A stretch of 19,508 nucleotides of DNA. Source: Candidatus Krumholzibacteriia bacterium. Its GTDB lineage: Bacteria > Krumholzibacteriota > Krumholzibacteriia > LZORAL124-64-63. How positions within the stretch are numbered: position 1 is the stretch's first letter; each line of letters opens with the position of its first letter. Under the pieces are notes generated by a model. It was not told the DNA's origin, searched no databases, and was given only the letters and a program-made list of their open reading frames with translations. Shown piece after piece: positions 14,300-19,508 of this stretch. The stretch is from assembly GCA_036351155.1 (NCBI GenBank), contig JAZBOO010000003.1, forward strand, positions 1-19,508, written 5' to 3'. The translations under genes and the position numbers were made by a program.

Positions 14300-17200
14300 A
14301 TGGCACAGCAAAAAGGGGCGCAACCGCCCTACTTTCCCTTCGCTTTTCCCCTTTCCCGCCAGTCCTGGCAGGCCTTCGAGGTGACCACACTCCTCGATGG
14401 CGACCAGAAAGATCTGTCCTTCCGCATCCGCCAGCTGGCTCAGAAGATCAACAGCAAGCGCCTGCCCAGCGCTCCGGGAGAAGGGATCCTGCCGGCCGAA
14501 ACGCTGCTGGCCCTGCGCACCATCAACGAGGCCCTGCGCCACGTGGCGAGCCAGTACTTTCTGAAGGACAACCCCGGCAGCCTGGAACGAGGGCGCCGCC
14601 ATTCGGCCGACCGCATGGGCAGCAACGCCCTGGATGGCCTGTTTTCCGCCTTCGTCGAGCTGTTTCCCCCGGTGGAAGTGGCCGCCAAGGGTGAACAGGT
14701 TCCGCGGTTCCTCCAGCGCAGCGCACCGCCGGTTTCAGGTCTGGATCAGGCCAACATCGAGCTGCTTTTGCTGTTCTTGAACGTGGCCAATCCCGCCGCC
14801 AAATCCGCCCGGCCCATGTTCGACGACCAGGAGTTGCGCCAGCGCGCCACCTACATTCCCTTCATCACCAGCCTCGAGGAGTACCTCGAGGAAAAAGAGG
14901 CCCCGGGCAGCCAGGGCGATTCCATTTTCCACCTGCTGCGGTCTCCCATGCTGGCCAGCCCGGACAGTCTGGCCGGACAGATCGAGCACATTCGCCGCCA
15001 CTGGGCGCACCTTTTGCCCGATGAACTGCTGGAAAAATTGCAGCTGGCCCTGGACCAGTTCCAGGAAATGGACACCCACCGCCTGGCCCAGTACGGCCCG
15101 CCGCCGGTGCTCGAGTTCGGCCCCGGCAGCTATGGCTATACCGAGGCCCAGCCCGAGCCCGAGGCATTCAGCCAGGACGCCGCCTGGATGAGCAATGTGG
15201 TTTTGATGGCCAAGTCGGTCCACGTCTGGCTGGACCAGCTGTCCAAATGGTACCAGCGGCCTATTCACTCGCTGGCCGACATTCCCGACGAGGAGCTGGA
15301 CCGCCTGGGCCGCTGGGGCGTGTCCGGGTTGTGGCTCATCGGGTTGTGGGAGCGGTCCGACGCTTCCCGCCTGATCAAGCAATACATGGGCAATCCCGAT
15401 GCCGCGGCCAGCGCCTATGCCCTGCGCGACTACCACATTTCCCCTGAACTTGGCGGGCACCAGGCCTACGAGAACCTGCGCGACCGGGCCGCCCAGCGCG
15501 GCATCCGGCTGGCCAGCGACATGGTGCCCAACCACATGGGCATCGACAGCCGGTGGGTCATGGAGCACCCCGAGTGGTTCCTCCAATCGGACCATCCCCC
15601 CTTCCCTGCCTACCAGTTCACCGGGGGCGATCTGAGCGACACCCCGGGCGTTTCCATCCGCATCGAGGACGGCTACTGGAATCACAGCGACGCCTCGGTG
15701 GTGTTTCAGCGGGTGGACCACAGCACGGGTCAAACACGCTACATCTACCACGGCAACGACGGCACCAGCATGCCCTGGAACGACACCGCGCAGCTGAATT
15801 TCCTGTTGCCCGAGGTGCGCGAGGCGGTCATCCAGGTCATCCTCTCGGTGGCCCGTATGTTCCCCATCATCCGCTTCGATGCGGCCATGACGCTGGCCAA
15901 GAAACACTTTCAGCGCCTGTGGTACCCGGCTCCCGGCGACGCCGGCGCCATTCCCTCCCGAGCCGAGCACGGCATGTCCAAGCCCGCCTTCGATGAGGTT
16001 TTTCCGGTCGAGTTCTGGCGTGAGGTGGTGGACCGGGTGGCCCGCGAGGTGCCCGACACCCTGCTGCTGGCCGAGGCCTTCTGGCTCATGGAAGGCTACT
16101 TTGTCCGTACTCTGGGCATGCACCGCGTGTACAACTCCGCCTTCATGAACATGCTCAAGATGGAGGACAACCAGAAGTACCGGCAAACCATCAAGAACGT
16201 GCTTGAGTTCAGTCCCCCGGTGTTGCAGCGCTTCGTGAACTTCATGAACAACCCCGATGAGAAAACCGCCGTGGAGCAGTTCGGTCGGGGCGACAAGTAC
16301 TTCGGCTGCAGCTTGCTGCTGGTCACCATGCCCGGTCTGCCCATGCTGGGCCACGGCCAGATCGAAGGGTTCAGCGAGAAGTACGGCATGGAGTATCGCC
16401 GGGCCATGTGGGAAGAAGTTGTGGACGAGGACCTGGTGCGCCGCCACGAGCGCGAAATCTTCCCCCTCATGCGTCGCCGCAGCCTGTTCAGCGGGGCTCA
16501 CAATTTTGCCCTGTACGATTTCCAGCACGACGGTCACTTCGTGGACGAGAATGTGTTCGCCTACAGCAACCGCAATGGTCAGGACCGTGCCCTGATCATC
16601 TTCAACAACAGCTACGAGAGCACCAGCGGGCGCATCCACCTTTCCTCGGCCATCAACACCGGCAGTGCCGATGCTCCGGACCTGCACCAGCGCTCCCTGG
16701 CCCAGGCCCTGGACCTGCCGACGGATGACACGCTGTGGTGTGCCTTCCGCGATCATGTCGATGGACTGGAATACCTGCGGTCCTGCCGAGAGCTGAAGGA
16801 ACAGGGATTCCACACGCACCTGCGGGGTTACCAGTACCGCGCCCTGGTCGATTTCCGATTCATGCCCGACACCAGCGGTCAGTGGTCCGACCTGGCTGCC
16901 CATTTGCAGGGTGGCGGCGTGCCCGGTCTGGACCAGGCCTTGCGTGCGCGAGAAATTGCCCCGGCCATTGCCCAGTTGCTGAAATGGGTGCCCGATGATC
17001 TCCTGGTCAGCCTGGAAGCTTTTTCGGCCGGATCCGAGGATGTAGAAAAAGAGGAAAAAGAAGAAAAAGAAGAAACGCCCCTGAACCAGCCCGTCTGGAA
17101 TTTGCCGGAAGATCTGGCGGCCCTGGTGAAGGATCTGGAGCAAATGGGTCAGCAGCCCGTGCCCGACACCCTGGGCCGGCAAGCCCGGAAAGACCTGACG

Positions 17201-17728
17201 GAAATCCGCCGCACCCTGGCCGGCAGCCGGCTCTTGCAGTCCATCTACCTGGCCGGGCTGTTGCGGATGTTGCCCTCGGCCGGCGGATCGACCGAGACCA
17301 TTTCCCTGGCCGATCGTCAGCTGAACGCGGGCGACCGCCCCCTGGTTCTTGTCGCTCTTCAGGACCATGTCAGCGCCTGGACGGGGCACGACTACGCTGC
17401 CTGGTCCACGGTGCTGCTGGCCGACATCCTGGCCCGTTTCCCTCGCGTCGCCAGAAACCTCAAGCTTGGTAAAACATCATGGATGAAGAACTTGTTGGGC
17501 GATGAGGGAGTGCGCCAGTACCTCGGTGTCCATACCCATGATCACAAGCAATGGCTGCGTCAGGAATCCCTGGAAACCCTGCTGGACGGCCTGGTTCTGG
17601 CTGCCATCGGACACGAAAAGACCGAGGAGGCGGAGGATTTGACCCCCGCCCTGGACGCCCGGGCCCTCTTGCTGGCCGCCGCGGCCAAGGCGGGATACAA
17701 CCTGACGCTATTTGAGGAGGGGCTCTGA
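14300..17728 (+). CDS. Large GH13 alpha-amylase-family glycoside hydrolase with N- and C-terminal extensions
   Basis: About 1142 aa from ATG 14300; the ORF track's TTG 14111 would overlap atuA. GH13 conserved regions: DMVPNH (I), IRFDAAM (II, Asp nucleophile), LLAEAF (III, Glu), FMNNPDE (IV, Asp), and TMPGLPM. No signal peptide evident. Confidence 0.9.
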   Translation: MAQQKGAQPPYFPFAFPLSRQSWQAFEVTTLLDGDQKDLSFRIRQLAQKINSKRLPSAPGEGILPAETLLALRTINEALRHVASQYFLKDNPGSLERGRRHSADRMGSNALDGLFSAFVELFPPVEVAAKGEQVPRFLQRSAPPVSGLDQANIELLLLFLNVANPAAKSARPMFDDQELRQRATYIPFITSLEEYLEEKEAPGSQGDSIFHLLRSPMLASPDSLAGQIEHIRRHWAHLLPDELLEKLQLALDQFQEMDTHRLAQYGPPPVLEFGPGSYGYTEAQPEPEAFSQDAAWMSNVVLMAKSVHVWLDQLSKWYQRPIHSLADIPDEELDRLGRWGVSGLWLIGLWERSDASRLIKQYMGNPDAAASAYALRDYHISPELGGHQAYENLRDRAAQRGIRLASDMVPNHMGIDSRWVMEHPEWFLQSDHPPFPAYQFTGGDLSDTPGVSIRIEDGYWNHSDASVVFQRVDHSTGQTRYIYHGNDGTSMPWNDTAQLNFLLPEVREAVIQVILSVARMFPIIRFDAAMTLAKKHFQRLWYPAPGDAGAIPSRAEHGMSKPAFDEVFPVEFWREVVDRVAREVPDTLLLAEAFWLMEGYFVRTLGMHRVYNSAFMNMLKMEDNQKYRQTIKNVLEFSPPVLQRFVNFMNNPDEKTAVEQFGRGDKYFGCSLLLVTMPGLPMLGHGQIEGFSEKYGMEYRRAMWEEVVDEDLVRRHEREIFPLMRRRSLFSGAHNFALYDFQHDGHFVDENVFAYSNRNGQDRALIIFNNSYESTSGRIHLSSAINTGSADAPDLHQRSLAQALDLPTDDTLWCAFRDHVDGLEYLRSCRELKEQGFHTHLRGYQYRALVDFRFMPDTSGQWSDLAAHLQGGGVPGLDQALRAREIAPAIAQLLKWVPDDLLVSLEAFSAGSEDVEKEEKEEKEETPLNQPVWNLPEDLAALVKDLEQMGQQPVPDTLGRQARKDLTEIRRTLAGSRLLQSIYLAGLLRMLPSAGGSTETISLADRQLNAGDRPLVLVALQDHVSAWTGHDYAAWSTVLLADILARFPRVARNLKLGKTSWMKNLLGDEGVRQYLGVHTHDHKQWLRQESLETLLDGLVLAAIGHEKTEEAEDLTPALDARALLLAAAAKAGYNLTLFEEGL
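17045..17074 (+). repeat. In-frame 9-bp tandem repeat (GAAAAAGAR)x3 encoding EKEEKEEKEE
   Basis: GAAAAAGAG GAAAAAGAA GAAAAAGAA GAA: a pure-purine tract in a high-GC gene. Confidence 0.8.
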
Positions 17729-17753
17729 CCCCTCCTGATTCCTCCGGCCAGGC

Positions 17754-19508
17754 TCAGTCCTTGATGCCCGCCAGATCGCAAATGAAGGCGTAACCGAGGG
17801 CCGCTTCCTCCAGGCGGCGGAACCGGCCCGACGCCCCACCATGCCCGGCCTCCATGTTGATATGCATCAGCAGCGGATTGTCGTCGGTTTTCAAGGCGCG
17901 CAGCTTGGCCACCCACTTGGCGGGTTCCCAGTACTGGACCTGGCTGTCGTGCAGTCCGGTGGTCACCAGCAGCGCCGGATACGCCTTGGCCTCCACCTGG
18001 TCATAGGGCGAATACGACAGCATGTAGTCGTAGTATTCCCTGTCCCCGGGATTGCCCCACTCGTCGTACTCGAAGGTGGTCAGGGGAATCGATTCGTCCA
18101 GCATGGTGGTCACCACATCCACGAAGGGCACCTGGGCCACCACGCCCTTCCACAGCTGGGGCTCCAGGTTGATGATCACCCCGGTCAACAGGCCTCCTGC
18201 GCTGCCCCCCATGGCGAACAGTCGATCCTGGCTCGTGTAACCCTGATCCACCAGATGATGCGCACAATCGATGAAATCCGTGAAGGTGTTCATCTTGTTC
18301 AGCAGCTTGCCGTCCTCATACCAGGACCGCCCCATTTCTTGCCCCCCGCGCACGTGGGCGATGGCGTAAACGAATCCCCGGTCCAGCAAGCTCAGCCGGT
18401 TGGACGAGAAACTGGCCTCCATGCTGTAGCCGTAGGAACCATAGGCGTAGAGCAGCAGCGGACTGGTCCCGTCCCGCTTGGTTCCCTTGCGATAGACCAG
18501 CGACACGGGCACCAGAGTGCCATCTCGCGCCGGGACACGCACGTACTCGGCCTGGTAGTCGGCCGAGTTGAATCCCCCCAGAACCTCGTCCTGCTTCAGA
18601 AGGGTACGCTCGCGGGTCTTCAGATCGTAGGCATACTCCGCGTCCGGCACCGTGAGGCTGGAATAGGAGAAGCGCAGTTCATCGGTCTTCATCCGGGGGT
18701 TGACCGCCGGGTACACCGCCCAGGTGGGCTCGCCGAAATCGATGGTGTGCGCCGGGCTGCCATCCATGGGCAAAACCTTCAGATGCCGCAATCCCTCGTG
18801 GCGCTCGGCCAGCACCAGCCAGTCGTCGAACACCTCGATGTACTCCAGCAGCACGTCCTCTCGATGTCCCACCACCTCGGTCCAGCCCGCCATGTCCGTG
18901 CTGGCCAGACCGCATTCCATCAGCTTGAAATTGGGCGCCCAGAAGTTCGTGGTGATGAGCCAGCGGTCACCCTGATGATCGATGTCGTACTCGTGATCGC
19001 GACGGCGCGGCTCGAACACCCGGAAGGTGCCGGTGGGGTTGTCGGCTTCGAGGATGCGGCATTCCGTGGACTGGGTCTGGTTGATGGAAATGACCAGGTA
19101 GCGGTCCGACTTGGTGCGTCCCACGCTGACCCGAAATGTCTCATCTGCTTCCTCGTAAACCAGCACATCGGCAGACGGGGGCGTGCCCAGCTCGTGCCGC
19201 CAGATCTGATAACTGCGCAGGGTTTCGGGATCCTGCCGCGTGTAGAACAGGGTCTTGCTGTCCAGGGCCCAGTCCACATTGGCCGTCACGTTCGGAATCC
19301 GGTCGGGATAGATCTCACCGGTGTCCAGATTCTTGATGCCGATGTTGTAGAACCGCCGCCCCTCGGTGTCGATGGCGAAGGTGGCCAGCCGATTGTCTGG
19401 ACTCACCTGGACGCCGCTCAGGCTGAAATAGCCGTCTCCGGCCAGGGCGTTGCCGTCGAACATCACCTGCTCGGGACCCTCCATGGTTCCGGGACGGCGA
19501 CAGTGCAA
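17754..19508 (-). CDS. ptrB: Oligopeptidase B (protease II, S9A family), 5'-truncated by the window edge
   Basis: Catalytic triad motifs GGSAGG, HDSQVQYWEPAKW and AGHGG. Also YGSYG, HVRGGQEMGRSWY, NTFTDF, and PLTTFEYDEWGNP with the acidic specificity residues. The frame is open to the window end. Confidence 0.95.
   Translation of the reverse strand: MHCRRPGTMEGPEQVMFDGNALAGDGYFSLSGVQVSPDNRLATFAIDTEGRRFYNIGIKNLDTGEIYPDRIPNVTANVDWALDSKTLFYTRQDPETLRSYQIWRHELGTPPSADVLVYEEADETFRVSVGRTKSDRYLVISINQTQSTECRILEADNPTGTFRVFEPRRRDHEYDIDHQGDRWLITTNFWAPNFKLMECGLASTDMAGWTEVVGHREDVLLEYIEVFDDWLVLAERHEGLRHLKVLPMDGSPAHTIDFGEPTWAVYPAVNPRMKTDELRFSYSSLTVPDAEYAYDLKTRERTLLKQDEVLGGFNSADYQAEYVRVPARDGTLVPVSLVYRKGTKRDGTSPLLLYAYGSYGYSMEASFSSNRLSLLDRGFVYAIAHVRGGQEMGRSWYEDGKLLNKMNTFTDFIDCAHHLVDQGYTSQDRLFAMGGSAGGLLTGVIINLEPQLWKGVVAQVPFVDVVTTMLDESIPLTTFEYDEWGNPGDREYYDYMLSYSPYDQVEAKAYPALLVTTGLHDSQVQYWEPAKWVAKLRALKTDDNPLLMHINMEAGHGGASGRFRRLEEAALGYAFICDLAGIKD

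Noticed and set aside
8504..14694. Long plus-strand ORFs 8504..9514, 9511..10902, 11081..11728, 11601..12377 and 13081..14694
   Set aside because: Antisense shadows of the minus-strand operon with Gln/His/Gly-biased composition typical of reverse-frame readings.
14735..17389. 884-aa minus-strand ORF
   Set aside because: Antisense shadow of the GH13 gene; its poly-Phe run is just the reverse complement of the EKE repeat.
468..17728. Mutase, SGLT-like symporter and GH13 as one carbohydrate-utilisation locus
   Set aside because: They lie in three separate predicted transcription units with unrelated genes between them, and I found no shared operator.

Overview
High-GC bacterial chromosomal segment with ten long genes and one partial gene. 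From left to right: the 5' end of a lower-GC predicted lipoprotein gene (1-177, -; missing from the ORF track); a 101-nt near-perfect hairpin element (366-466); a divergent phosphoglucomutase/phosphomannomutase-family enzyme (-); a Hanks-type Ser/Thr kinase with a TM helix and a TolB/PD40-like beta-propeller, followed by an FHA-GAF-SpoIIE(PP2C) phosphatase (+); a tightly packed five-gene minus-strand operon (AtuA-family protein, membrane-anchored hypothetical, LemA, SGLT-like sodium:solute symporter, fused membrane/spermidine-synthase-like SAM-binding protein); a large GH13 alpha-amylase-family protein (+); and a 5'-truncated oligopeptidase B (-). I saw no rRNA, tRNA, CRISPR array or transposase. 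The strongest leads are the 32-bp perfect inverted-repeat element at the GC boundary, the unexplained five-gene operon, and the kinase/FHA-phosphatase pair. All calls come from motifs read by eye; no database search was run.
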